The translations under genes were made by a program, and so were the position numbers. Shown here in pieces: positions 18,306 through 29,309 of a stretch of 64,000 nucleotides of DNA. The number at the start of each line of letters is the position of its first letter. Within the stretch, counting starts at the first letter, position 1. Below the pieces are notes generated by a model that saw nothing but the letters and a program-made list of their open reading frames with translations, was not told the DNA's origin and did no database searches. The stretch is from positions 62,001-126,000 of IMG/VR virus record IMGVR_UViG_3300027573_000779; one strand, written 5' to 3'.

Positions 18306-19172
18306 TTAATAATACCTGCTTATTACAGTTTTACTTTTTGAATATTGCCCCACATCATTATTAAGGACCGAAGAGCGCACAATTCCTTTACTAATAAAAA
18401 CAGATGGATTTCTATCTAAGACTCCAGATATGGGAAAAAACACAATTTCATAATCAGACCCTTCAAATCCGGGGACGGGAGTAAGATTTAACGCTGTTTC
18501 GGGAGAAAAATCTACTGTATTAAACCCGCTATAAACATCATGAGTCACTTCAACAATTTCTTCAGCACCGCCATATTTAACCTCTACCGCCTCTGATTCT
18601 CCAACAATTGTCACAGGTATCCAATTAGCGCTAAACGAATAACTACAGTTAATTAAGTTTATCGTGGGTAAAGCTCTATATTCCAACGCATTTCCTACGT
18701 AAGGCTTTGATACACAAAGGGCTGTAGAATAATAGTGAGCTATTCCACTTGAATTGGTTATATTATGGTTAGTACTGTTTGATTTAGCGGTCAATATTCC
18801 TGATGTAGGATGAAAACTTATTAAACTTGCATTAACTTGGATTGGCTCATGTTCAACGGCATTGATTTGATAGGAACTTAGATAATAACGTCCAGTCACT
18901 TGTCCTATCGAAATTTCGAATTGATAGTCTTGGTCTGAACTGTTTAGATTCTTAATAAAGTTAAGATAGCTAAAAAAAGGCTCTTTGGCTGGTTCCATGA
19001 AATAAGAAAGACTCAAACTGCTTTGGGCAACCCCTTCATAAGAGTAAGAATAAGGGCGCATAAACCCCAAAGCCCTTATTGGCATTACCCTTGTATCAGA
19101 AGAAAGCGAAGCGGAAGTAGCCAAAATACCTGTTCCGTTAACCCTTACCTCACAATTCTCGAAAGAAATCAT
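18306..19172 (-). CDS. Tail-tube-like structural protein
   Basis: YYLSSYQI and SYSFSANWIPV motifs align by eye with 49747-50853. Confidence 0.5.
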   Translation of the reverse strand: MISFENCEVRVNGTGILATSASLSSDTRVMPIRALGFMRPYSYSYEGVAQSSLSLSYFMEPAKEPFFSYLNFIKNLNSSDQDYQFEISIGQVTGRYYLSSYQINAVEHEPIQVNASLISFHPTSGILTAKSNSTNHNITNSSGIAHYYSTALCVSKPYVGNALEYRALPTINLINCSYSFSANWIPVTIVGESEAVEVKYGGAEEIVEVTHDVYSGFNTVDFSPETALNLTPVPGFEGSDYEIVFFPISGVLDRNPSVFISKGIVRSSVLNNDVGQYSKSKTVISRYY

Positions 19173-19197
19173 CCTTTTTCCTTTAAAATTTTACACA

Positions 19198-20049
19198 TTA
19201 AAAGTCCACAAACCCTCGCAATTGTAAAGAAAGAATTATATTATCATTAATGCTACTGGTAAAACTATAATTTATAAGTTCCAGATTACCAAAGGTATAC
19301 GTCTTAATCAATTGGTCGGTTCGATAATCGTTGCAGGTTATAGTAAATTCTTTTACTGTTTTGGTGTTTAATATATTAAGAAGAGTTTTAAAAGTATATC
19401 TACCCAATTCCATCTGAGCGGAAAAGCTTACCGTAATTGGAGGGGTTGAATCCACTCTTAAAGGGGCAAGTTGACCCATTATATAAATCGGTGTTCTTGG
19501 GACCTCAAGGTTTAAATCAAAAGAAATAAGCCGATTATTGGTTAAATCATCCAAAGTAATTGTGATTGAGCCGCGATTTGGAATCAAAAAACTGTAATTA
19601 GCTGGAGTTAAACTGGCGCTTGCAAGCTCAGTTCTTTCACTTTCGACCATTTGGCCGAATGTTTCATAACCGTTAAAACTAGTGGTTATTTCTGGTATTT
19701 GATTGTCAGTATACTTAAGATTGTAAGAAGTTAAGTAAAGAGGGTTAAAAATCAGACCGTCTCCCGCCGCTTCAGCATTTTCCACAAAAACCAAATGTCC
19801 TGTTGCAGGATTAGCGCCAGTAAAACCAATAAACTGGTCAGAATTAACCAAAAACGATTGAGTGGTCAATCTCCCCAAAGATTGACCCCGAAGCATTGTG
19901 GAAGTTCTTTCAAGCCCCAGATGGAGAATTGGACCATAAGAGGCGTTTATTTCTGGCTGTATGCTTTGCAATCCAGCAATTTCCTGATGATTTAAGTAAA
20001 ATCTTTGGTTTTCTCTACTTACCTTATAATTAATGAACAAATCACTCAC
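19198..20049 (-). CDS. Tail-tube-like structural protein
   Basis: LYLTSYNL and ISFDLNLEVPRTPIYIMG motifs align by eye with 49747-50853. Confidence 0.55.
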   Translation of the reverse strand: MSDLFINYKVSRENQRFYLNHQEIAGLQSIQPEINASYGPILHLGLERTSTMLRGQSLGRLTTQSFLVNSDQFIGFTGANPATGHLVFVENAEAAGDGLIFNPLYLTSYNLKYTDNQIPEITTSFNGYETFGQMVESERTELASASLTPANYSFLIPNRGSITITLDDLTNNRLISFDLNLEVPRTPIYIMGQLAPLRVDSTPPITVSFSAQMELGRYTFKTLLNILNTKTVKEFTITCNDYRTDQLIKTYTFGNLELINYSFTSSINDNIILSLQLRGFVDF

Positions 20050-20057
20050 ATATTAAT

Positions 20058-20088
20058 TTACACGCCAATAGCGTTCCAAATTGTGTAA
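20058..20088. promoter_or_regulatory. Back-to-back GTGTAA motifs (candidate divergent late promoters)
   Basis: TTACAC at 20058-20063 (minus strand) and TGTGTAA at 20082-20088 (plus strand) in the 60-nt gap between divergent operons. Confidence 0.65.
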
Positions 20089-20109
20089 AATATTAAGAAG
20101 GTAAAAGGT

Positions 20110-20643
20110 ATGTCGTTGTATAACATTGCTGATTTCAATTCCAGCGCCCATTACTTTAAAAATGATATTGTGTGGGGTGGGGAAGAAGGTAAGCCAAATT
20201 ATTATTATTGTCTTATCGAGCATGATGCTGGTTCGTATACCTTTTCTACTGAAGTTGAGACTGGGACGCGATGGGGGGGCATTGTTACAATTAATGATGT
20301 AGCTACTCCCCATTTTCTATGGGTGGGTTCTTATGCTACTGCTATTCGTTTGCAACCAAAGGTAAAAGTTATTAAATTTGGTGATTCATACGAGCAAAGA
20401 ACACCAGACGGCATTAACTCTTCATTAATTGAGATTGATTATATTTTTGGCAATCGAGATATAAGGGAAGCTCAGGCCATTCTTCACTTCCTGAAAGAGT
20501 GTGGCGGCAGTACAATGTTTGTTCATACCCCTAGCGCCCCCTACGATTCTCAACGTAAGTTTGTTTGCCGCACATGGGACCACACCTTTGACTTTATTAA
20601 CAATTTTACAATTAGAGCCAAATTTGATGAGGTAGTTGCGTAA
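20110..20643 (+). CDS. Minor tail protein, lambda gpM-like (distal tail)
   Basis: PKVKVIKFGDSYEQRTPDGIN...AILHFL...FVCRTW...AKFDEV. Confidence 0.85.
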   Translation: MSLYNIADFNSSAHYFKNDIVWGGEEGKPNYYYCLIEHDAGSYTFSTEVETGTRWGGIVTINDVATPHFLWVGSYATAIRLQPKVKVIKFGDSYEQRTPDGINSSLIEIDYIFGNRDIREAQAILHFLKECGGSTMFVHTPSAPYDSQRKFVCRTWDHTFDFINNFTIRAKFDEVVA

Positions 20644-21662
20644 TGTTAAAATCTGAAGCAAGAGAAAGTATTAAGAAACTAAATGCGGATTTAATGTCTT
20701 TAAATCCAAGCGCTCTCATTACTATGTTTGAAATTGATGTTACCGATATAGCTTTTGATTTGGGTATTGATGTAGGAGAAAATACGGTTTTTAGGTTTCA
20801 CAATGTTCCTTCTCTTTTTAGTACTGATATTTTTTGGAAAGGAATAAGATATAGTCCCGCGCCCGTCAGAGCAGAAGGATTTGAACTAAACGCTAAAGGT
20901 ATTGTTGCCGCTCCAAAATTAAGTATTTCTTCAAATGAGGAGGGAATTGTTGCTTTGGCGACTTTGAAATCTTACTTAAGAGATTTAAATGATTTAGTGG
21001 GCGCAAGAGTGACCAGAAGAAGGACTTTAGCTAAATATATTGATGATGTTAATTTTATTCCCAATGAATTTGCGGCTGAAAGACCTTATGGATTTGCTCA
21101 GGATTGGAACGCCGAGTTTCCTCCCGATGTTTATTATATTTATCGAAAATCTAATGAAAATAAGTTTTTATTAGAATATGAATTAGGCTCGCCCATTGAC
21201 GTTCAAGGTATTCAGTTACCCAATCGATTAGTTAGCAAACAAAGATGTTTGTGGCAATATAGAGGAAACGGTTGTTTTTGGGAGAATGTAAACAACTATC
21301 TTGAAAATCCAGAAGTCTTTGAAAACTGTGGTGAATCAGTTTTCCCGCAACATGGTGCTCCCCCAGTAGCCAATACTCAAGACCAACTTATTATAGATTC
21401 TCTTGAAGTTGATGAATTGGTTTATAAAGGTCTTTGGAATTCTCTTACGACTTATGTTAAAGGCGATTATGTTTATTTAAAAAAAGATGGTATTAGTTTT
21501 TATTTTGCTTCTAAACAAAACAGTAACTTAAACCACCCTCCACCAAATAAAGATTACTGGATGGAAGACCAGTGCTCAAAAACTGTTAGAGGGTGTAAAC
21601 TACGCCATGGCACTTCTCTTCCTTATGGCGGATTTTATACCGTCCACAAATATGAAGGATAA
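20643..21662 (+). CDS. Minor tail protein, lambda gpL-like
   Basis: DLVGARVTRRRTLAKYID, CLWQYRGNGC, DQCSK..RGCKLR, LPYGGF. Confidence 0.9.
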   Translation: MLKSEARESIKKLNADLMSLNPSALITMFEIDVTDIAFDLGIDVGENTVFRFHNVPSLFSTDIFWKGIRYSPAPVRAEGFELNAKGIVAAPKLSISSNEEGIVALATLKSYLRDLNDLVGARVTRRRTLAKYIDDVNFIPNEFAAERPYGFAQDWNAEFPPDVYYIYRKSNENKFLLEYELGSPIDVQGIQLPNRLVSKQRCLWQYRGNGCFWENVNNYLENPEVFENCGESVFPQHGAPPVANTQDQLIIDSLEVDELVYKGLWNSLTTYVKGDYVYLKKDGISFYFASKQNSNLNHPPPNKDYWMEDQCSKTVRGCKLRHGTSLPYGGFYTVHKYEG

Positions 21663-21663
21663 C

Positions 21664-22407
21664 ATGTTAAGAACCACTTCATTAAACGAAATTAAACAAT
21701 ACGCTATTTTATCTAAACCTGAAGAATGTTGTGGTTTGGTTCTTGAAACTCTTACGGGTGTTAAAATTTGGCCAACTGAAAACTGTTCTGAATATGATAG
21801 AACTAAAACTTTTAAGATTCACCCTTTTGAAGTTATAAAAATTGAAGACCAAGGAAAACTAATTGGAATTTATCACTCCCATAACTCACCTTCTAAAGAA
21901 AGGATATTTTCGGAACTTGATATTCGTAATGCCCAAATACATAAAATAATGTCTATTGTTTATAACACTGTTGAGGAACAGTTTTGTTTTCTTACTGAAA
22001 CCAGCCAATTAAAGTATCTTGGGCGCAAGTTTTTGATTGGTCAAAACGATTGCTTCTCTTTAATTCATGATTATTTTAAAAATGAATTAAAAATAGAACT
22101 AGGAAATTATCCTAGAGATAACAAATGGTTTATTAAAAACCCAACCATCTGGCTAGACAATGTAGAAAAAGGGGGATGTAAAATAGTTTTTAAAGGTAGT
22201 GCTTTGGAAGAATTTGCGCTTAAAAAGTATGATATTTTATTAAGTGATGGACCAATTGAAGGAGTTCCATGCCATGGGGCGCTTTATATAGGCAACGGAA
22301 TGGTTCTTCACCATCCTAGAAACAAACTTTCCACCCTTGAACCTTTACATCAAACTCTAGCAGAAAGAATTCTTTTTGTAATTCGACATAAACATTATGG
22401 TAACTAA
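21664..22407 (+). CDS. Tail assembly protein, lambda gpK-like (JAB plus NlpC/P60)
   Basis: PEECCG, YHSH, DCFSLIHDY, HGALYIGNGMVLHH. Confidence 0.9.
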   Translation: MLRTTSLNEIKQYAILSKPEECCGLVLETLTGVKIWPTENCSEYDRTKTFKIHPFEVIKIEDQGKLIGIYHSHNSPSKERIFSELDIRNAQIHKIMSIVYNTVEEQFCFLTETSQLKYLGRKFLIGQNDCFSLIHDYFKNELKIELGNYPRDNKWFIKNPTIWLDNVEKGGCKIVFKGSALEEFALKKYDILLSDGPIEGVPCHGALYIGNGMVLHHPRNKLSTLEPLHQTLAERILFVIRHKHYGN

Positions 22408-23068
22408 AATTAAACTACATGGACATTTAGGAGACGCTATAGGTAAAGATTGGAAGCTGGCAGTTAAAAGCGTCAAAGAAGCCATTCATGCGATTAATAC
22501 CATAACTAAAGGTAAATTGTATCGCTATTTACTTAAAAAAGATTCTGAAGGGGCGCAATATAAGATTCTTATAAATGAGACCCCGGTTAGTCATTCCGTT
22601 AATAAAATTGATAGTAAAAATTGGGAAGAGGCCAAAAAAACTGAACTTGTAATGGAGATAAAAAATTTAAAAAGTATAGATATTGTTCCTATTATTGAAG
22701 GCGCGGACTCAGATTTTTTGTCTGTTTTATTAGTTATAGTTGGAGTAGTCTTAATTGTCGTTGGTTTATTGACTGGAGGCGTTCTTACGGCTGTTGGTGT
22801 TACTTTAGTAATAGGAGGCATAACAATGCTTCTTTCGCGTCCTCCCGAAATACCTAAACCAGATGATATTCAAAACATAGGTGGGGGAAGGTCTTACTTT
22901 TTTAATGGGGCTGTCAATATAACTACTGAGGGCGGACCTGTGCCTTTAGGTTATGGTGAATGCATTATTGGCAGTCAGGTTTTATCACAAGGTTTTGGAG
23001 TGGGGATTAGAACTGATTCCTTACCAAGATGGGAATATCCAGAAACAGTTCTTTATCCGATAACATAA
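22397..23068 (+). CDS. Tail assembly protein, lambda gpI-like
   Basis: IKLHGHLG, hydrophobic stretch, SYFFNGAVN..EGGPVPLGYG. Confidence 0.88.
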   Translation: MVTKIKLHGHLGDAIGKDWKLAVKSVKEAIHAINTITKGKLYRYLLKKDSEGAQYKILINETPVSHSVNKIDSKNWEEAKKTELVMEIKNLKSIDIVPIIEGADSDFLSVLLVIVGVVLIVVGLLTGGVLTAVGVTLVIGGITMLLSRPPEIPKPDDIQNIGGGRSYFFNGAVNITTEGGPVPLGYGECIIGSQVLSQGFGVGIRTDSLPRWEYPETVLYPIT

Positions 23069-23069
23069 C

Positions 23070-26000
23070 ATGGGCGCTCGAAGTGCATTAGAAGGACTTT
23101 ATTTTACCAAAGAAACATTTGATGATGGGACCAACACCGTTCTTCCTCAAAAGTTTACCACCGTGGTAAGTGTGGAAACTCTTGATTTACTCTCAGAAGG
23201 AGAGATACAGGGGCTAGTAGAAGGAAACTATTCATTTGTCGGAAGTGTCGGCAATGTAGGGTACACAAGTTATACTTTTAATGAATTTCCTGCTCTATAT
23301 GTAAACATGGGTATAGAAGGAACAAGCACTATTCCAACTTACGTTCGTTCAATCTATTTCAACGATATTCCTATTGTGAACGAAGAAGGACAACTTAACT
23401 TTGCTAATATTGACATCGTTCATACTAAAGGGCTTCCAGCCGGAAGTGATTTAACAGATTTAAGTACTCAATATTTAGCAAAACTAATTGGAGAGCAGTT
23501 GCGAGGTTGCGATATTGAAGCTTTTAAAGACGGAAAATTAATTGAAGACGAACAATTAAATATTTATTATGAACCTATTGGTTACCCTGATACTATAAAT
23601 GATAAAAACAATCACGCTACAAAACATGCTAAAGATGAAAAATTAATTCAGCCTTCAAAATATGCAAACCAAGTCTTTATAAAAGGAAAGGATTTGCAAA
23701 AATTAAAACCTTGGCCAATTCAACTTAAAAACTATACCAGTGTCTATCAACCAACTTTTAATGACAATATTAAAATCTACAAAATCCTGAACCGCGAATG
23801 TTTGGGTTGTTTCGTTAATTTAAAAGTTACTACGTTACAGGAAGGAATTGCTCAGGACGACGATGAGGATAGAAAAAAAGAAATTGATGCATTTTTTGGG
23901 AGTGTTGAACTTGACCAAAAATATAGAAAAATTGGCGACATAGTTAATTCAACCGTTTACATAGGTTTAAGTTATAGACCGCTTTTTGAAACGACCAGCA
24001 CCACAATAGACCCAAGAAGCAATTGGTTAGACGCTAAAATTGTCACCCTTACTGGCCGAACCATTAATGGTATTGTGGTTCCAACCAAACTAGACTTTCA
24101 AAACGAATATCCTCAATTTGATGATTTGTTTGATGATGATGATTTTATAGGTTGGGAAGTTTTAGTTTTTAGAATTACCAAAGATTCAGTTAATTCACAT
24201 ATCAGGAATTCAGTTGTAGTTGATAGTATTTCTGAAATGTATGGAACTAGATTCACTTATCCTTATGCAGCTTTAGTTAAATCAAAATTCAGTTCAGAAT
24301 ATTTTCAACAAATTCCCGAACGCGCCTTTAGAGTGCGACTTTTAAAAGTTAAAGTTCCAAGTAATTATAATGTAATTTTAAGAACTTATGATGAATCTGG
24401 CGGACCTTGGGATGGAACTTTTAAAGATGATAAAGAATGGAGTAATAATCCAGCTTGGTGTTATTATGATTTATTAACCAACCCTAGATATGGATTAGGG
24501 AAGTATATTGGTGAAGATTTTATTGATAAATGGACGCTATATGAAATAGCTAAATACTGTGATACTTTAGTTGATGATGGTTATGGGGGCGTTGAACCCA
24601 GATTTACTTTTAATTGGTGGTTTACTACCAGAGAAGAGGCTTACAAGGTTTTAGCTGACTTAACCAGCGTTTTTAGAGCGATGATTTATTATGGGTTTGG
24701 CACCATTTACACAATTCAAGATGCGCCTAAAGAAGCTGTTTATACATTTACCAACGCCAATGTAGAAGAGGGGCAGTTTAATTATAGTTCAAGCAGTAAA
24801 AAAGAAAGATATACTGTTGCGGTTATTCGTTATAATGACCCAAACAATATGTTTAGGCCAGCTTACGAACACATTGAAGACGTTGATGGTATTCGAAAAT
24901 ATGGAATTCGGGAAACTAACGCCACCGCTTTTGGTTGTTCCAGTAGAGGACAGGCTGTAAGACTGGGGAAATGGCTTCTTTTAACTAATATTTTAGAAAC
25001 TGAAATTCTAACTTTTACTGCGGGACACGAAGGTTCAATTTTAAGACCGGGAGATGTTATTTCGGTTTTTGATATTAATCGAAAGGCTCATCGATATGCA
25101 GGCAGAACAGTTTCTATTACTGAATCGGGGGGCAATACAACCGTTGTGTTGGATTCGGCGGTTACGGGTTTAATATCAGGCAGAGCTTATAGGTTTTCTA
25201 TTTTAGTTCCAACTTATTATTACGAGCCTTCTACAGTAACAGATTTAGATTTTTCTAATAGCGCTGAAATTCGCAGAAGTCCAATTCAGACTTTTAACAT
25301 AACTGGCGCAAGTTATAATTCAGCAACCACCAGTATAACCTTTACTGGCACTATTAACACTTCAGATTATCAACTAATTCAAAACATGATTTGGAGTTTG
25401 GATATTACTGACGATGAAACTTATGCGGAAGAAGATAAAAATTTTATAAGAGATAATGTTGATTTTTATAGAATAATTAGAATTTCTGAAAAAGACGACC
25501 ATAAATATGAAGTTGGGGCCGTTCAGTATGTCGAAGATAAATATGACAAAATTGAAGAGGGCATAGGGTTTGAAGTTTATATTCCAGAAGTTCAAAGTAT
25601 TCCTCCTTCTCCTAATGCATCTTTGGTTCTTCAAACGACCGAAGAAAACAAAATTAATAATGTAACTATTACTGCCGGTATTACTGGGGGATACTCGGAT
25701 GCTACCAGCATTGAGGTTTACATGAAAGCCGACAGTAATTTTGATGATAATAGTGTTCCTCACAGAGACTATAAGGTGGGCAAGTTTTTTGGAGTAGGAG
25801 CGGTTAATGTCGCCAAATTAATTCCTCAGGACAATAATAAAGATTATTTTATTCGGGTTTATACCAAAAACGACAAGTATGGCACTTATTCATCCACTCC
25901 TGCTACAGGAAAAATCTCTTATGTTGGTGGATTTGATGTAACTAAAATGAATATTTCAAGCCTTCAAATTCAGCAAGACTATACTGGATTTTCAGGCAAA

Positions 26001-27035
26001 GGGTTGATGACTAGTGAATATAATCCAGTTTTTACTTGGCAAGTAGGTGGTCTTTATGGGCCGGATTTGGTTAATGCTGAAAGAGCTTATTCATGTAGAG
26101 TTACAATTCGTCCTCCTCAGTATGCTTATAGTGGTTCAGTGGCGCGAAGCGGTCTTTATTGGGAACAAACCGGCATTAAAAGCACCAATGGATATTTCTC
26201 ATATCAGTTTCCTTTTGCTCTTAATAGTATAGTGCCGCAAGGTCCCCATAAACATTATGATATTGTAGTTGAAGCCCATGATGTAAATGGAAATACCTCT
26301 GCTGGCGGGAATATTAGCAATCAAAGCGGAACCTTTTATACAGGTTTTCATCAGTTTGATGTTGCTACCTTTTTAAAGCCAATTGATTCAGGCATTCAGC
26401 TTTCAAACAACATTATTACTTATGAATTTTCAGGCCAAGCAACGGGGGTTGATTTAAGTAGTGGTATTAATTTTCAAACCGAACAGTTTTTAGGTCCAAA
26501 TGGAGAAGTTGTTATTAACTTTCTTTCTGGAACACTGTCGCCAGACTTAAGAGGTTGTTTTATTTATGTAAGTTCGGGAGCTTTTCCTAAACGTGAAGCT
26601 GCGGCAGCTTGTTCTACTGGTTCAGTAATTCCGGCGACTGGAAACATTTTTGTTTATCGATACCAGTTTAAAGATTTAGACGTTAATACTCCTACAATTT
26701 ACCATCCTTACGCGGGAAGGATGATAAGAGGATATCCGACTGGTTTCATATCGCTGGCCTTTTATGATGCTTTTGATGAAGTAAAGCTGGAAAGAACCAA
26801 TGACAGGGAAGCTACTATAACGGGTTTATTTATGTCCAATAACGCTATTATTACAAATCGGCCCTATGTGGGCAGTGTAAATATAAGCGAAAAGGCAACT
26901 TTTAAAGACTTTAGAAACTCAAGTCCTTATAATGATATGATGGTTGTAAACTATGGGACACCAGCTAACCCAATTTATAGATTGGTTACTATAGACGCAA
27001 GCGGAAATCATGTGGTGGTAATGAGCAACATTTAA
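23070..27035 (+). CDS. Tail tip / host specificity protein, lambda gpJ-like
   Basis: DLLSEGEIQGLV, WDGTFK..WSNNPAWCYYDLLTNPRYGLG, AFGCSSRGQAVRLGKW, LRPGDVI. Confidence 0.93.
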   Translation: MGARSALEGLYFTKETFDDGTNTVLPQKFTTVVSVETLDLLSEGEIQGLVEGNYSFVGSVGNVGYTSYTFNEFPALYVNMGIEGTSTIPTYVRSIYFNDIPIVNEEGQLNFANIDIVHTKGLPAGSDLTDLSTQYLAKLIGEQLRGCDIEAFKDGKLIEDEQLNIYYEPIGYPDTINDKNNHATKHAKDEKLIQPSKYANQVFIKGKDLQKLKPWPIQLKNYTSVYQPTFNDNIKIYKILNRECLGCFVNLKVTTLQEGIAQDDDEDRKKEIDAFFGSVELDQKYRKIGDIVNSTVYIGLSYRPLFETTSTTIDPRSNWLDAKIVTLTGRTINGIVVPTKLDFQNEYPQFDDLFDDDDFIGWEVLVFRITKDSVNSHIRNSVVVDSISEMYGTRFTYPYAALVKSKFSSEYFQQIPERAFRVRLLKVKVPSNYNVILRTYDESGGPWDGTFKDDKEWSNNPAWCYYDLLTNPRYGLGKYIGEDFIDKWTLYEIAKYCDTLVDDGYGGVEPRFTFNWWFTTREEAYKVLADLTSVFRAMIYYGFGTIYTIQDAPKEAVYTFTNANVEEGQFNYSSSSKKERYTVAVIRYNDPNNMFRPAYEHIEDVDGIRKYGIRETNATAFGCSSRGQAVRLGKWLLLTNILETEILTFTAGHEGSILRPGDVISVFDINRKAHRYAGRTVSITESGGNTTVVLDSAVTGLISGRAYRFSILVPTYYYEPSTVTDLDFSNSAEIRRSPIQTFNITGASYNSATTSITFTGTINTSDYQLIQNMIWSLDITDDETYAEEDKNFIRDNVDFYRIIRISEKDDHKYEVGAVQYVEDKYDKIEEGIGFEVYIPEVQSIPPSPNASLVLQTTEENKINNVTITAGITGGYSDATSIEVYMKADSNFDDNSVPHRDYKVGKFFGVGAVNVAKLIPQDNNKDYFIRVYTKNDKYGTYSSTPATGKISYVGGFDVTKMNISSLQIQQDYTGFSGKGLMTSEYNPVFTWQVGGLYGPDLVNAERAYSCRVTIRPPQYAYSGSVARSGLYWEQTGIKSTNGYFSYQFPFALNSIVPQGPHKHYDIVVEAHDVNGNTSAGGNISNQSGTFYTGFHQFDVATFLKPIDSGIQLSNNIITYEFSGQATGVDLSSGINFQTEQFLGPNGEVVINFLSGTLSPDLRGCFIYVSSGAFPKREAAAACSTGSVIPATGNIFVYRYQFKDLDVNTPTIYHPYAGRMIRGYPTGFISLAFYDAFDEVKLERTNDREATITGLFMSNNAIITNRPYVGSVNISEKATFKDFRNSSPYNDMMVVNYGTPANPIYRLVTIDASGNHVVVMSNI

Positions 27036-27036
27036 A

Positions 27037-28341
27037 ATGATTACAAGGTATGCAGGCGATAGATATGTTGGGCTTACAGGAGATGTAAAGCCAACGGGTC
27101 TGCTTTCTGGCGCTTTATTTCTCGAAATACCGACTTTACATCGATATGCTTATTTACCTGAAAGTGGATGGCTTCTTCTTCCTGGGGGGTCAGGCAGTAG
27201 TGTCACTTACGTTGTTTCTGGTTCGGGCGTTCATTATATCCTTTCTGGGACTGGCATTGATGACCCAACAATAGTTAGAACGACTGGAACTCAAACAATT
27301 AGTGGTTTAAAAAACTTTACCTATTATCCTACTTATTTTTTAAGTCCCGGTATTAGTATTGGCAACAATGTACAAAGAGGGCCTTTCGATGTTAGATACG
27401 GATGGATTAATCCTCCTTCTGGATTAACTATTACCAAAACTTTTGATTATGCTTTTAATCTTTGGGATAATACAGATTATTTAACTTTTGAGGTTTATGC
27501 TTTTACTTACATAAGTGGTACTAAAATTTACAGTCCCGGTTTGTCTGGCGCTTATAGCGGAACAGGTAGTTTTGATTGGTTTAAAGTAGACCTTACTTGG
27601 TCGGGAGCGCCGGGGGCTAGTGGATATAAAGTGGTTTTTGGCGGCGATAATACCAACAATAGATTTAGAGACTATTATATTCAAACAGGCACAACTGGCC
27701 TGACTTATGGAACCTCGGGAGATGTTTTGACCTATGAAAGCCCAATAGTAGTCACTCCGCAAATTTCTTCAGGAATTGATTTATACATTGATGGTTCGGG
27801 CGACCTTCATACGGTAAAAGATATTTATTGTAGAAACATTTACGCTTTAAACCTAACTGGTTTAACTGGTGGAACTACTATAATTACCAGTGGAAGTTTC
27901 CCCTCTGGTGGCGTTAGTGGCGATATTTTTATTAAAAACCATGAAGGAACCGGAAGCGGCTATTGGACCGCTTTTCCTTTAAAAAGCAATTTAGTTCTTT
28001 GTTCTGCCTATACTCCTTCGGGCACTGGGGTTGATGTGGCCGAATATCCTGTTCCTTATGGGTTAGAAGGTACTAATAGTGTTACTTGGAACATTCGAAG
28101 AGCTACTTTTAGGGTTCAACAGTCGGGATTAACTTCTGCTGTGATGTTACAAAAATCTACCGGAATAGGAGTTTTTGAACCAGTAAATATTCATGTTCTT
28201 ACCTTAACAAGCGGCCTTTATGAGACCTATTTAACTACAGGAATGGGAACTTTAAATAGTAATGATAAGGTAAGATTTGCTGTAACTAATACTGGCTCAA
28301 GCGCAAATTGGACAATTACAATGGAACTTTCAAATAAATAA
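27037..28341 (+). CDS. Tail fibre-like structural protein
   Basis: Follows J; VRTTGTQTISGLKNF fibre motif; very rich in SG/TG dipeptides. Confidence 0.6.
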   Translation: MITRYAGDRYVGLTGDVKPTGLLSGALFLEIPTLHRYAYLPESGWLLLPGGSGSSVTYVVSGSGVHYILSGTGIDDPTIVRTTGTQTISGLKNFTYYPTYFLSPGISIGNNVQRGPFDVRYGWINPPSGLTITKTFDYAFNLWDNTDYLTFEVYAFTYISGTKIYSPGLSGAYSGTGSFDWFKVDLTWSGAPGASGYKVVFGGDNTNNRFRDYYIQTGTTGLTYGTSGDVLTYESPIVVTPQISSGIDLYIDGSGDLHTVKDIYCRNIYALNLTGLTGGTTIITSGSFPSGGVSGDIFIKNHEGTGSGYWTAFPLKSNLVLCSAYTPSGTGVDVAEYPVPYGLEGTNSVTWNIRRATFRVQQSGLTSAVMLQKSTGIGVFEPVNIHVLTLTSGLYETYLTTGMGTLNSNDKVRFAVTNTGSSANWTITMELSNK

Positions 28342-28343
28342 TT

Positions 28344-29309
28344 ATGGCTCAATTTACACAATATGATTCAACTGACGCAAGTGCGCCGACACTTAGCGGT
28401 ACTGTTGGTACTTTAATAACTGTTTTGGATGCCGTTCTAGTTAATGGGTATGGAAGTAAAAGCCCTGCGGGATGGACAAAACCATATTCAGGAACTAACA
28501 AAGCGGCTTATAGAGCGGGAGCGGGACTTCTTCATTATTCGAGAATTCAAGATGATGGTCCCGGTGTTCATGGCGGCAGAGAAGCAAGACTTACTAACTA
28601 TATTACAATGAGTGATGTAGATACTGGAACAGGACAAAATCCTACAAATTATAATGCTGCTGGATATGGATATGCAACTATTAGAAAAAGCGCAAGCGCT
28701 GATTCAACTACAAGAACTTGGAGGGTATTCGCAGACAATAGAACGGTTTATATTTTTATCCAAACAGGAGACGTAGCTAGTCGATGGCACGGTTTTTCTT
28801 TTGGAGAATTTTATAGCAATATAACTTACGATAGCGCTAGAACTTATGTGGTTGGGAATATTCAAGAAGCGGGAACCACTGGAGACTATAATGGATTGGC
28901 CCTCCATCATAAAATTAATCAAACCTCTAACTGTTTTAGTTTTTGTAGAGGTTATACAGGGGTAGGTGCGCCTGTTTTAGGGGGTATGTCTGGAGACCGG
29001 AGCGTTTCTCCTTCTAGTGGATTGCACTTAGAAGGAGGAGTTCCATGGCCTAATCCGATTGACGGAGGAGTTTATTTAGCCCCTTTGTATTTGTACGAAC
29101 AAAGCAATAGGGTTATTCGGGGTACATTAAGAGGATTTTGGCATTTTTGTCACGCTGTAAGCAACGTTAATGATGGAGATACTTTTACTGGCTCTGGAGC
29201 TTTGTCGGGTAAAACCTTTTATGTTGTTAAAAATACGGTTTTGCGTTCGGATGGTGGAGGTCCCGGAGTTTATATAATAGAAACAAGCAACACTTTGGAT
29301 ACAAACTAA
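28344..29309 (+). CDS. Tail-fibre-associated protein (paralog A)
   Basis: DASAPTLSGTVGTLITVLDAVLVNGYG N-terminus; tandem paralog of next gene. Confidence 0.6.
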   Translation: MAQFTQYDSTDASAPTLSGTVGTLITVLDAVLVNGYGSKSPAGWTKPYSGTNKAAYRAGAGLLHYSRIQDDGPGVHGGREARLTNYITMSDVDTGTGQNPTNYNAAGYGYATIRKSASADSTTRTWRVFADNRTVYIFIQTGDVASRWHGFSFGEFYSNITYDSARTYVVGNIQEAGTTGDYNGLALHHKINQTSNCFSFCRGYTGVGAPVLGGMSGDRSVSPSSGLHLEGGVPWPNPIDGGVYLAPLYLYEQSNRVIRGTLRGFWHFCHAVSNVNDGDTFTGSGALSGKTFYVVKNTVLRSDGGGPGVYIIETSNTLDTN

